Below are positions 10,807 through 18,946 of a DNA stretch of 45,912 nt, in pieces. A program made the position numbers and the translations under genes. How positions within the stretch are numbered: position 1 is the stretch's first letter; each line of letters begins with the position of its first letter. Under the pieces are notes generated by a model. It was not told the DNA's origin. It did not search any database and worked only from the letters and a program-made list of their open reading frames with translations. This DNA comes from Elusimicrobiota bacterium (GTDB taxonomy: Bacteria; Elusimicrobiota; Elusimicrobia; UBA1565), in assembly GCA_043819795.1 (NCBI GenBank), contig JBDREN010000098.1, forward strand, positions 1-45,912, read 5' to 3'.

Positions 10807-11381
10807 TCCTCTCGCCGATCGCCGCGGCCCTCCTGGCGCTGGGCGCGGCCGCCTGGGCCCAGGCCGGCACGGCGGGGGACCTCGCGTTCGATCCCGTGCT
10901 GCGCGATATCGAGGCGAAGATGCCGGCCTACGAGGCCGTCGAGGCCACGGACATCCGGATCCCGACGCGGTCGATCGAGCTGGGGCCGTCGTCCCCCATG
11001 TACCGCTGCTGGAACCTGGTGCTGACCGGCGACCACGGCAAGCAGGCCCTTGGCGTGTTCGAGCGCCTGCGATCCGTCCATTCGGCGCTCAAGGACCTCA
11101 GGGGCAAGCTCGCGAAAGACCTCCTCCTCTACGCGACCTCACGGCGAGGCGACCCCGAGATGCAGGGGCGGATCATGACGCAACACCAGGCGCTCGAGTC
11201 GCTGTTCACCAGCTACCGGCAGATCGTCCAGCTCGGGGAGCGCAACGGGCTCTTGAAGGCCTCGCGCCGGGGGATCTTCAGCTGGCGGCGGACGGTCGCC
11301 CCGACGCTCCGGGACGACGACTATACGATGGTCTACGCCGAATCGGACCCGTCCTGCCCGCCCCGAACGTCCGGGCAGTGA
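10803..11381 (+). CDS. Secreted hypothetical protein
   Basis: ATGA overlap with the upstream stop, RBS gaggagg, signal peptide ending AWA-QA. Confidence 0.75.
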   Translation: MILSPIAAALLALGAAAWAQAGTAGDLAFDPVLRDIEAKMPAYEAVEATDIRIPTRSIELGPSSPMYRCWNLVLTGDHGKQALGVFERLRSVHSALKDLRGKLAKDLLLYATSRRGDPEMQGRIMTQHQALESLFTSYRQIVQLGERNGLLKASRRGIFSWRRTVAPTLRDDDYTMVYAESDPSCPPRTSGQ

Positions 11382-11405
11382 CCGGGAACCGCGGGGTGGT
11401 CCCCG

Positions 11406-11960
11406 GTGTCTAAACCCATGACCGAGGAAGAGTTCCTCGAGAAGAACGCGCGGATGGTCTACAACCTGTCTTTGCGCCTCATGGGCAATCCCGTGGACGC
11501 CGAGGATCTCGCCCAAGACTCGCTGATCCGCGCGCTCAAGGCGCTGCCCGCGTTCCGCGGGGAATCGATGACGACGACCTGGATGTACCGGATAACCGTC
11601 AACACCTGGAAGAACCGGGTGCGGACCGAGAAACGCCGCGGCCTGTGGAAGATGCTGCCGCTGCACCTGTTCTTCGGCGACGACTCGGAGGACCGGGATC
11701 GGGAGAGGGCCCTGCCGGCCGATGAGCCGCCGCTCGACGCGGGCCTGGAGAGCGCGGAGACGTCCGCCGCCGTGCAGAAGGCGCTCATGAGCCTCGACGA
11801 CGAGAGCCGCGCCGTCGTGGTCCTCCGCGAGATCGAGGGCTTCTCCTACCAGCAGATCGCCGAGACGCTCTCGATCCCCGAAGGGACGGTGAAGTCCCGG
11901 CTCTCGCGGGCGCGCGACGCGCTCAAGAGGCGGCTCAAGAGCCTCGCAGGTGCCGCATGA
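11406..11960 (+). CDS. ECF RNA polymerase sigma factor
   Basis: Region 2 DAEDLAQD..RALK...FRGES..TWMYRITVN, region 4 LREIEGFSYQQIAETLSIPEGTVKSRLSRAR; start GTG 11406 or ATG 11418. Confidence 0.95.
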   Translation: MSKPMTEEEFLEKNARMVYNLSLRLMGNPVDAEDLAQDSLIRALKALPAFRGESMTTTWMYRITVNTWKNRVRTEKRRGLWKMLPLHLFFGDDSEDRDRERALPADEPPLDAGLESAETSAAVQKALMSLDDESRAVVVLREIEGFSYQQIAETLSIPEGTVKSRLSRARDALKRRLKSLAGAA

Positions 11961-13504
11961 ACGACGAACACGTAGCGAATCTGCTTTCCGCCTATTTCGA
12001 CGACGCCCTGGACGCGGGCGAGCGTGTGCGCGTGGATAAGCACCTGCCGCAGTGCGCCGCCTGCCGCCGGGAGCTCGACGAGCTCAAGAGGGTCTCGAAG
12101 TCCGTTTCCGCGCTCCCGCGAGAGGACCTGCCCGCCGGCTTCCTTCAGCGACTCCACAACAAGAGGCGCGAGACCGAGCGGGAGGCCTCGCGGCCGACCG
12201 CCTGGTTGCCGGCTCCGGCCCGGCTCGCGGCCTTCGCCGCGGCCGGCCTGCTCGCCGCGCTGATCTTCTTCCGCGAGGTGAAGTACCGCCTGGCGCCGAT
12301 GATGCTCCCCGAAGCGGCCCAGGCGTCGAAAGGCCTCGATGCGGCCCCGGACGAGGCCGAGATCGAGGCCGCGCGCCGCCGGATGGTCGAGGGGCGCGTC
12401 TGGCGGGGACTCGCCGAGGAGGCCCCCTCCGACATGGAAGGCGATAAGCGCTACCCCCAAGGATCCGGCTTAGCGGACGTCGGGGCCGGGGCCGCGGCAG
12501 CGGGGCCGTCCCCCGAGGCCATTTTGCGCTCGGGACTGAAAGGCCTGGGCGCGCCTCATAAGGGAAGAGACGGTAAGCCGACGAATATCTACACGAACGA
12601 GGATCTTCATGCCATGCTGGAGAAAGAGAAGAAGCGCATGGGCATCCGCAAGATCATCCCTCAATCGAGCCAGCCCGGCGACCCCTGGCAGGGGGTCCCG
12701 GACCGGCCCTTGAGCGGGGACGAGGCCAAGGTCGCGATGCGCCGGATGACGAGCCAGCTGAGCCGGATCAACCGGGCGACCCGCGCCAGGAATGCGCCCA
12801 CCGTCGCGCTCGGCCCGGGCGACACCCCGAAGCTGCTCTCGGCCGCGGACGAGTCGCGACCGGTGGCGCCGACCGCCGTCTCGGCCCTGGAGCCCGAGTT
12901 GGCTCCGGCCGCCGCCGCGCCCCAAACCCCGGTCAGGCTCGCCAAGATGAGGGCGGCTCGCCGCGCGGCGCCCGCGCCGAAGGAGGACGCCGAGCTCGGC
13001 GGCAGCGTGGGCATGGTCCGCAAAGAGCCCCTGCCGCCCGCGGCGCGGGCGGCGGGCGCGGACGCCGCAAGAGAGTACTTCGCCCAGCACTATTCGATCG
13101 AGGATCTCAAGAAGCGGCTCGCCGAGGAGAATACGGCCGACATGGCCCCAAACCCGCTCTCCATCCGGAGCGGCTGGTCCTCGGCGGAGGGCGGCCTGGG
13201 CGCCCCGGGCGGCGCCGTCATCACGACGCCCGACGACTGGGCGGACCTCTGGCACCGCATCGGGGGCGAGGAAAGCCGCCCCGACGTGAACTTCGACCGG
13301 GAGATGGCGCTGGCCGTGTTCGGGGAGCGCTCCAACGAGGAGCGCCGGACCATCGAGATCGTCTCGGTCCTGGAGCGGGGGGAACGTCTGGAGATCCACT
13401 ACCGGCTCGGCGCCGAGGAAGGCGCCCCGGGGCCCTCGGCGCCCTACCACGTGGTCATCGTGCCCCGCTCGGACCTGCCGCCCAACTTCGTCCAGGTCCC
13501 CTAG
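11957..13504 (+). CDS. Zinc-binding (zf-HC2/ZAS) anti-sigma factor with TM helix and C-terminal PrcB_C-like domain
   Basis: LLSAYFD.AL...HLPQCAACRRE (HxxxCxxC), TM helix AAFAAAGLLAALIFF, C-terminus VITTPDDWADLW...PDVNFDREMALAVFG...SAPYHVVIVPR; coupled to the sigma gene by ATGA. Confidence 0.85.
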   Translation: MNDEHVANLLSAYFDDALDAGERVRVDKHLPQCAACRRELDELKRVSKSVSALPREDLPAGFLQRLHNKRRETEREASRPTAWLPAPARLAAFAAAGLLAALIFFREVKYRLAPMMLPEAAQASKGLDAAPDEAEIEAARRRMVEGRVWRGLAEEAPSDMEGDKRYPQGSGLADVGAGAAAAGPSPEAILRSGLKGLGAPHKGRDGKPTNIYTNEDLHAMLEKEKKRMGIRKIIPQSSQPGDPWQGVPDRPLSGDEAKVAMRRMTSQLSRINRATRARNAPTVALGPGDTPKLLSAADESRPVAPTAVSALEPELAPAAAAPQTPVRLAKMRAARRAAPAPKEDAELGGSVGMVRKEPLPPAARAAGADAAREYFAQHYSIEDLKKRLAEENTADMAPNPLSIRSGWSSAEGGLGAPGGAVITTPDDWADLWHRIGGEESRPDVNFDREMALAVFGERSNEERRTIEIVSVLERGERLEIHYRLGAEEGAPGPSAPYHVVIVPRSDLPPNFVQVP

Positions 13505-13705
13505 CGCCTTACAAAGCCTCCAAGACCGCCCGCGCCCCCGCATTTACCGATAGCCTTTTCCCGATCCTTATGTATGGGAACCCGTCCTTCCTCTAATAGG
13601 CCTAATTCAGCCGCCCGTTATAAGTATGCCCCGGTAATTGCCTGACCGCCTGGTCGACTTGCGGGACAGGGGCGCCTTGGACCGGGCAACCGGGCTCTGG
13701 CTGCG

Positions 13706-13747
13706 GGAAAACAGCGGGGGCGGGCCTCTTGAAGGCCCGCCCCCCTG
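13706..13747 (-). terminator. Intrinsic terminator
   Basis: 12-bp GC stem gggggcgggcct/aggcccgccccc followed on the minus strand by gctgttttcc; lies ~50 bp past the stop at 13797. Confidence 0.7.
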
Positions 13748-13796
13748 GTCCGGCTCTTGGCCGGCGCCGCCCGCGCTCTAGCGAGCGTGCGTCGCG

Positions 13797-14018
13797 CTAG
13801 ACGGCGATCAGCGGCTCGCTTTCGTCGCCGCAGTAGCTGGCGACCGTGAAGATATCTTCGTCCATCTCCTCTTGTCCCTGGTTGTACGCGGCCGGGTAGT
13901 CGTCCGGGGTGCTGTCGAGTCCGTCGCCGTTCACGTGCGAGGGGTCGCGATAATAGTCGTGCGGGAAGTCGTCAAAGGCGCCCCAGTCACCATCGCTCAA
14001 CTCCAACGTATTGATCAT
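13797..14018 (-). CDS. Small highly acidic protein (73 aa)
   Basis: GGAGG RBS 5 nt before the ATG, GC3-rich codons, downstream terminator; 19 Asp/Glu, 1 Arg, 0 Lys. Confidence 0.7.
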   Translation of the reverse strand: MINTLELSDGDWGAFDDFPHDYYRDPSHVNGDGLDSTPDDYPAAYNQGQEEMDEDIFTVASYCGDESEPLIAV

Positions 14019-14298
14019 GCCGTCCTCCGCTCCGTTCGGCCGTTCGGCAAAAGTCCTCCCGTAAGAAACCGCGTGGGAATCTCTTTGCTAGGAATGCTTT
14101 GGCTTCCGTATTCCTTTCAAACGGGGGATAGTCGGGATGCGTTCATCGTGAGCCGCCAGACGGTAAGTCGACTATCCGCTTGTCCGATTTCATTGTATAA
14201 CATTATCGCGAAGTCAAGCCACCGTTTTGTCGCGGAGGAGGGCGCCGTCTACCAATATCCGTCTCGCGATCTCGGGGGGCGCGGCGAAAACGGCCTAG

Positions 14299-14524
14299 CA
14301 GCCCGTGGACGTGAAGCGTCGCCTCCTTGTGCTACAGCGGCTTGAAGAACGGGAAGCCCAGAAGATGGTCCCAATGCGCGTGGGTGAAAGGTACGTGGAA
14401 GGCCCGGCGCTTCTCGTCGAGGCCCTTATTGCCCAAGGCCCTGATCCCGTTGCCGCCCTACTTCGCGTTCTCCGGTCCGGACACCGGGATCGAGCCCCGC
14501 GCGCCCCAAACGGTTGAGCTTCGT
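14299..14524 (-). pseudogene. MBL-fold metallo-hydrolase remnant
   Basis: Manual translation: (ACG)KL-frameshift-TVWGARGSIPVSGPENAK*GGN-GIRALGN...FTHAHWDHLLGFPFFKPL*HKEATLHVHG; HxHxDH motif, in-frame TAG at 14458-14460 and 14332-14334, start ACG after an aaggagg RBS, truncated. Confidence 0.85.
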
Positions 14525-14544
14525 CGCCGCCCTCCTTCCCCGTC

Positions 14545-15558
14545 TTACCGGCGAGGCTCCGCAGCGACCGGCCCCGCCGAGATAAAATAGATGGCGGCCT
14601 TGGCCGGGGCATTCTCGGCGACCTCGTGCCCGAGCTCCTTGACCCGCCTCCCGGTACGGTCTTTCAACATCCTTGCCACCCACTTCGCGCGGCCGGAGGC
14701 GAGCGCCTCCGCTCCCTCCTCGGCCGGATCGGCGTAGCCCACGACTCCGATCTCGCTGAGGGGCATGAGGGCCATCTTCTCTACCGCGGTCCGCAGCGAT
14801 CGCTCACCCTCCGCCGTCATGTCCGCCGCGCCCCTTTCGAACGGGATATCGAGAAGCATGGAGCCCACGGGGTCCTCCGCCCCCGACCCGGCCCCCCCCA
14901 CATGCAGCTGCCCCGCCGGCAAAAGGTACGGGTCCGCCGCATCAAGCCGCCGCAAGCCCAACCAGCAGTGCTCGTGTTCGGGATCCGATTTGCGGCAAAG
15001 CGCCCACTCGTCCCGGGCCTGACTGTGCTCGCCCATCTGGTACGCCTGAAGCCCCGCGGTCCAATGGCGCTCGGCGTCTTTCTTTAAGTCGGCCGGATCC
15101 GGAAAAGCGGCCTGCACGCGCCTCAGCCCCCGCGCGCAGTCCTCGTTCCCGGGATCGAGCTCGCGGCAGCGCGTCCACTCCTCCCTGGCCTTCGCGCGTT
15201 CATTCTCCTGAAAGAAGCGCAGCCCCGCGAGCCAATGCTCGAGAGCCTCCGCCTTGGCCCCGGCCCCCTCTCTCTCGGTCCCAATCCGGGGAGGCCTGTT
15301 GAGCAGCTTCAGGCCCGCGCGGCAGTCCGCGCTGGAGGGCTCCAGCTCGAGGCACCGCTTCCAGGCCTGCTCCGCCATGCTCCACTCGCCCTGGAGGACA
15401 TACCGCACGCCGCGCTGCCAATTCAGGCGCACCGGCCGCTGCGAGTCCCCGATATCGACGGTCTGCGCGCCGCACACGGCCGCGAGCGCCAGCAGCAAGA
15501 CCCCGGCGAGGGGCCCCCCGGCCCCGCCCCGTACGCGGTACGGCGGCATGCGTCTCAT
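14545..15558 (-). CDS. Secreted protein with three Cys-paired TPR-like units and a C-terminal OmpA-like domain
   Basis: Signal peptide; three W..G......E...A...W..C....P....C..GL units; C-terminus IPFERGAADMT...VVGYAD...LASGRAKWV; ATG 15558 or 15549. Confidence 0.75.
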   Translation of the reverse strand: MRRMPPYRVRGGAGGPLAGVLLLALAAVCGAQTVDIGDSQRPVRLNWQRGVRYVLQGEWSMAEQAWKRCLELEPSSADCRAGLKLLNRPPRIGTEREGAGAKAEALEHWLAGLRFFQENERAKAREEWTRCRELDPGNEDCARGLRRVQAAFPDPADLKKDAERHWTAGLQAYQMGEHSQARDEWALCRKSDPEHEHCWLGLRRLDAADPYLLPAGQLHVGGAGSGAEDPVGSMLLDIPFERGAADMTAEGERSLRTAVEKMALMPLSEIGVVGYADPAEEGAEALASGRAKWVARMLKDRTGRRVKELGHEVAENAPAKAAIYFISAGPVAAEPRR

Positions 15559-15700
15559 CTTCAAAAGGATAAACGTCTTTACCGGAGGATTCAAGGGCCC
15601 CGGGGGAGCGCTCTCTGGCCTCTTAAGGCGAAAAATTGATAATAGTGAGGACGGCCCCCAGCTTTCCGCCATCCGCGCGCGGGGCCTCGGCTGCTGGGAG

Positions 15701-16570
15701 ATGATCAAGTTCATCGCGCTGACGTCCATGCTGTGTGTCGCCTGCCCGACGGCCCGGGCGGGGCAGAAGGCTCCCCGGCCGCCCAGAGACCCGGAGACGG
15801 GTATCGTCAAAGGGGCCGAGCCGTTCTTCTTCCCCGGCGAGGGCGACGCCGCCGTCCTCCTGATCCACGGCTTCTCGAGCTCCCCCCGGGAGATGTACGA
15901 GCTGGGCAAGCGGCTCAACCGCGCCAAGCTCACGGTCTCCGGCATCCGGCTCAAGGGCCACGGGACGACCGTCCAGGAGCTGCGCCGCTCCCGCTGGGAG
16001 GACTGGTACGCCGACTCCTTGGCGGGGTACGAAAAGCTCCGCGCCGACCACAAGCGGGTCTTTGTGGCGGGATTCTCCCTGGGCGCCCTGCTGGCGTCCC
16101 GCCTGGCGGCGGACAAGCCGGTCGACGCCCTCGTGCTGCTGGCCCCGGCTCTCCGGATCACCTACAAGTGGTACTACGTGCTCCCCGCCGAGATCCACCT
16201 CCAGCTCGCCGGACGCCTCACTCCCTATGTACCCCGGTTCGACCGCTGGATCATGGTCGCCGACAAGACCCATCTCGACGAATACATCGCGTATACGCGC
16301 CTCCCGCCGGCCGCGGTCAGGGAGCTCGTGACCCTGGCCGGGATCGTGAACAAACAAGCGCCGGACATGACGGCGCCCCTGCTGGCCATCCACTCCAAGA
16401 ACGACCAGGTGGGCTCGCCCCGGGCCCTCAGAAGATTCTTCAGCCGCGTCGGGTCGAAGGAAAAGGAGCTCCTCTGGCTCGAGCGCTCCAACCATATCAT
16501 CACCCTCGATCACGACAGGGAGCGGGTGTTCGAAGCCGTCCGAGACTTCCTCTTGAACCGCCCCCAATGA
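15701..16570 (+). CDS. Alpha/beta-hydrolase carboxylesterase (Est30/YvaK-like), probably exported
   Basis: VLLIHGF, LKGHGT, nucleophile GFSLG, HSKND, SNHIITLD; signal-like N-terminus from ATG 15701. Confidence 0.92.
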   Translation: MIKFIALTSMLCVACPTARAGQKAPRPPRDPETGIVKGAEPFFFPGEGDAAVLLIHGFSSSPREMYELGKRLNRAKLTVSGIRLKGHGTTVQELRRSRWEDWYADSLAGYEKLRADHKRVFVAGFSLGALLASRLAADKPVDALVLLAPALRITYKWYYVLPAEIHLQLAGRLTPYVPRFDRWIMVADKTHLDEYIAYTRLPPAAVRELVTLAGIVNKQAPDMTAPLLAIHSKNDQVGSPRALRRFFSRVGSKEKELLWLERSNHIITLDHDRERVFEAVRDFLLNRPQ

Positions 16571-16579
16571 GCCAAGCCG

Positions 16580-16609
16580 GCCCCGCGGGCTCGCCCCGCG
16601 GGGCTTACT
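16580..16609 (+). terminator. GC-rich hairpin after the esterase gene
   Basis: gccccgcggg-ctcgc-cccgcggggc followed by only a short T stretch (ttact). Confidence 0.4.
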
Positions 16610-16721
16610 CCCCTGCGCTATCGGGAACTCCGTCGCAAGAATGCGGTTATCCTTCCAACGCCCGGGCTCCGGCGTCAACTTGCCGGGCGTACGCCCGCGG
16701 GAAAATGATAGACTGCGCCGT

Positions 16722-17717
16722 ATGGGAACGCCCGAACCCAAGAAGGCCGCCGTGCACTCCACCTGGACGCAGTTCTATCCCATCCTTCTGTTCAGCTTCC
16801 TCTGCATCTCTCTGGCCCCCGTGGGCGTGGTCAACTGGCTGAATATCCAGACCATGAAAGGCGCCTTCGAGAAGGAGACCATCCGCGGCCAAGCCGCGCT
16901 CGCGACCCACGTCGCGGAGAGCGCCCAGGACTTCATCGGCGCCTTCAAGGCCGAGCTTCACGCCGCGGCCGAGCAGGACGGCTTCGCCTCGGCGCAGCCG
17001 GCGGCGCAGAAGCCCCATCTGGACCGCATGATGCGGCGGCATCCGGCGTTTCTCGAGCTCTCCGTCTTCGACCGCGACGGGAAGGAGACTCTCCGCGTGG
17101 ACCGCTTCCCCCGTCTGAGGACACCGGCGCGCGAAGCATCTTCCAGGCCGTGGGCCGAGGCCGGGGCGAAGGGCGGATTCATGGGCGCACTGAGTTACGC
17201 CCGGGACGGCTATCCCGCGCTCACGATAGCCGTCCCGATCGCCTCCCGAAAGCGCGGCCCCGGCGCGAAGCCCGGAGCGCTGGTCGGCCGGATAAGCCTC
17301 GGCGAGCTGAGCCTGCGGCTGCTCAGGCGCTTCCCCGCGCAATCGCCGGAGAAGGCCATCGTCCTTTCGCTCACCGGCGACAAAGCGTTCCTGGTCTCCC
17401 ACTCGAGCGCCGAGCCGTGCGCGAAAGCGCGGAATATCCCGAGAGAGATCCTCCAGTTTCTCTGGAGTCAAGACCGCCAGGGACCGGGAGGGCGCATCGA
17501 CTTCGCGGACGGCGCCGGCATCATCGGGAGCACCGCCAGGGTCAAGGACCTTGACTGGGTCGTCTTCGTTCAGCGGCCGGTCGAGTCGACGGACCCCGTC
17601 GCCGAGCGGATGCGGAAGAAGTCCGGCATGCTCATCCTCCCGCTCCTCGCTCTGGCGTCACTGCTCGCGTACGGCGTGGCCGATCTAATCAGCCAGAGGG
17701 TCGCCTTCAAGACCTGA
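16722..17717 (+). CDS. Two-TM protein with extracytoplasmic dCache-type sensor domain and no cytoplasmic output
   Basis: TM1 ILLFSFLCISLAPVGVV; Cache-like LSVFDRDGKE, PALTIAVPI, GALVGRISL, LDWVVFVQRP; TM2 followed by a stop within about 10 residues. Confidence 0.8.
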   Translation: MGTPEPKKAAVHSTWTQFYPILLFSFLCISLAPVGVVNWLNIQTMKGAFEKETIRGQAALATHVAESAQDFIGAFKAELHAAAEQDGFASAQPAAQKPHLDRMMRRHPAFLELSVFDRDGKETLRVDRFPRLRTPAREASSRPWAEAGAKGGFMGALSYARDGYPALTIAVPIASRKRGPGAKPGALVGRISLGELSLRLLRRFPAQSPEKAIVLSLTGDKAFLVSHSSAEPCAKARNIPREILQFLWSQDRQGPGGRIDFADGAGIIGSTARVKDLDWVVFVQRPVESTDPVAERMRKKSGMLILPLLALASLLAYGVADLISQRVAFKT

Positions 17718-17896
17718 CGCACGCTCAGAAGCGCTGTCCCGGCCTCCATCGAGCCCAGCAAAACGACTATCGGACCCGGAATCTTCAGCCTCCCCTCAGC
17801 CGGCGCCATTTATTGCGCGCACGGACAGAAAAACTACTTTGAAAATAACGCATATTATGAAATTTGCCGGATCCGGAAAATAGGAACAAACCTGAC

Positions 17897-17928
17897 ATTT
17901 CCACAGGATTATCCACTGTTCTGAATAA
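17897..17928. promoter_or_regulatory. Cluster of three DnaA-box-like 9-mers
   Basis: ATTTCCACA 17897-17905, TTATCCACT 17909-17917 and inverted TCTGAATAA 17920-17928, each one mismatch from TTWTNCACA, next to an AT-rich tract (~17826-17865). Confidence 0.45.
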
Positions 17929-17997
17929 CTTTTTTTGGTTGCCGCGGGCTCGAATCATGTCCAGCGAAGGACCGACCCACGGCTTTCGGGGAATGAA

Positions 17998-18876
17998 TCA
18001 GGACTTAAAAACTAACCAGTCGGACAGTATTCGCGTCAGCCCCGCTCTCAGGGAGTCTGGAAGAATCCGCTTCAGCAGCGCGCCAGCCCGGGCGTCTAAG
18101 CCGACCAGCGTGCGCAGGGGCACCCGGGGAGCCTCGCATAGCCGGACGATGAGACGCGCCACCGTCATCGGATCGGCCGTAACGCGCCCGAACATCCCCT
18201 TGCGCGCCCTCCTAAAGCTCTCTATCCTCTCATAGTAGCCTGAGTCCGGGGAGAGCGCCCTTTCCCCAAAGGTGGCGTTCTTGCTGAAAACGGTCTTGAA
18301 CCTCCCCGGCTCGATCAAGCCGACCCGCACGCCGAAGGGTTCCATGTCGTAGCGCAGGGCCTCCATGTAGCTCTCTAAAGCGTTCTTGCTGGCGCAATAG
18401 GAGCCCATGAAGGGAACGGCCATCCTCCCCGCGACGCTTGTCACGCTCAAGACCCGCCCCTTGGTCTTTTTCAGGCGCGGCAGAAGCCTCTGGGTGAGCA
18501 GGACCGGGCCGAAGAAATTCACCTCGAGCTGCCTCCGGAGCTCCTCGGCGGTATGCAGCTCCACGGGCCCCATGAGGCCGAAGCCCGCGTTGTTGACGAG
18601 CACGTCCAGGCCGGAACCGCGGGAACTATCGAGATGTTTCTCGACGGATGCGAACGTCCCGGGCCTGTCCATATGCAGGTCCAAGACGGCCAGGCGCCCG
18701 GCCCGCTCGGCCTCCGCGAGCGCGGGCAGGCCTTCTTCCCGGATTATCCTCCGCAGCCTCTGGACCCCGCCCCGCACGCCCGCGATGACGTCATGGCCCC
18801 TGCCGGCCAGGATCTCCGCCGCGAGAAGCCCGAACCCGCTCGACGCCCCGGTTATAAGGATGGTCTTGCCGTCCAT
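17998..18876 (-). CDS. Short-chain dehydrogenase/reductase
   Basis: ITGASSGFG, LVNNAG, catalytic YCASK, IEPG; ATG 18876 (GTG 18882 alternative). Confidence 0.95.
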   Translation of the reverse strand: MDGKTILITGASSGFGLLAAEILAGRGHDVIAGVRGGVQRLRRIIREEGLPALAEAERAGRLAVLDLHMDRPGTFASVEKHLDSSRGSGLDVLVNNAGFGLMGPVELHTAEELRRQLEVNFFGPVLLTQRLLPRLKKTKGRVLSVTSVAGRMAVPFMGSYCASKNALESYMEALRYDMEPFGVRVGLIEPGRFKTVFSKNATFGERALSPDSGYYERIESFRRARKGMFGRVTADPMTVARLIVRLCEAPRVPLRTLVGLDARAGALLKRILPDSLRAGLTRILSDWLVFKS

Positions 18877-18946
18877 CGTCACATCATACCAAAGGGCGGC
18901 ATGCCCCTTGGAAAGCTCCCCCCAAGTTTCGTAAAGTTGCAGCCCT

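Noticed and set aside
14332..14460. TAG-to-Tyr recoding suggested by two TAGs at Tyr positions
   Set aside because: TAG is a normal stop for coaD, ychF, pap and others here, and the same remnant also has a frameshift, a deletion and a dead start codon
17570..17809. 79-aa minus-strand ORF next to the AT-rich tract
   Set aside because: Mostly antisense to the Cache gene 3' end, no RBS or motif
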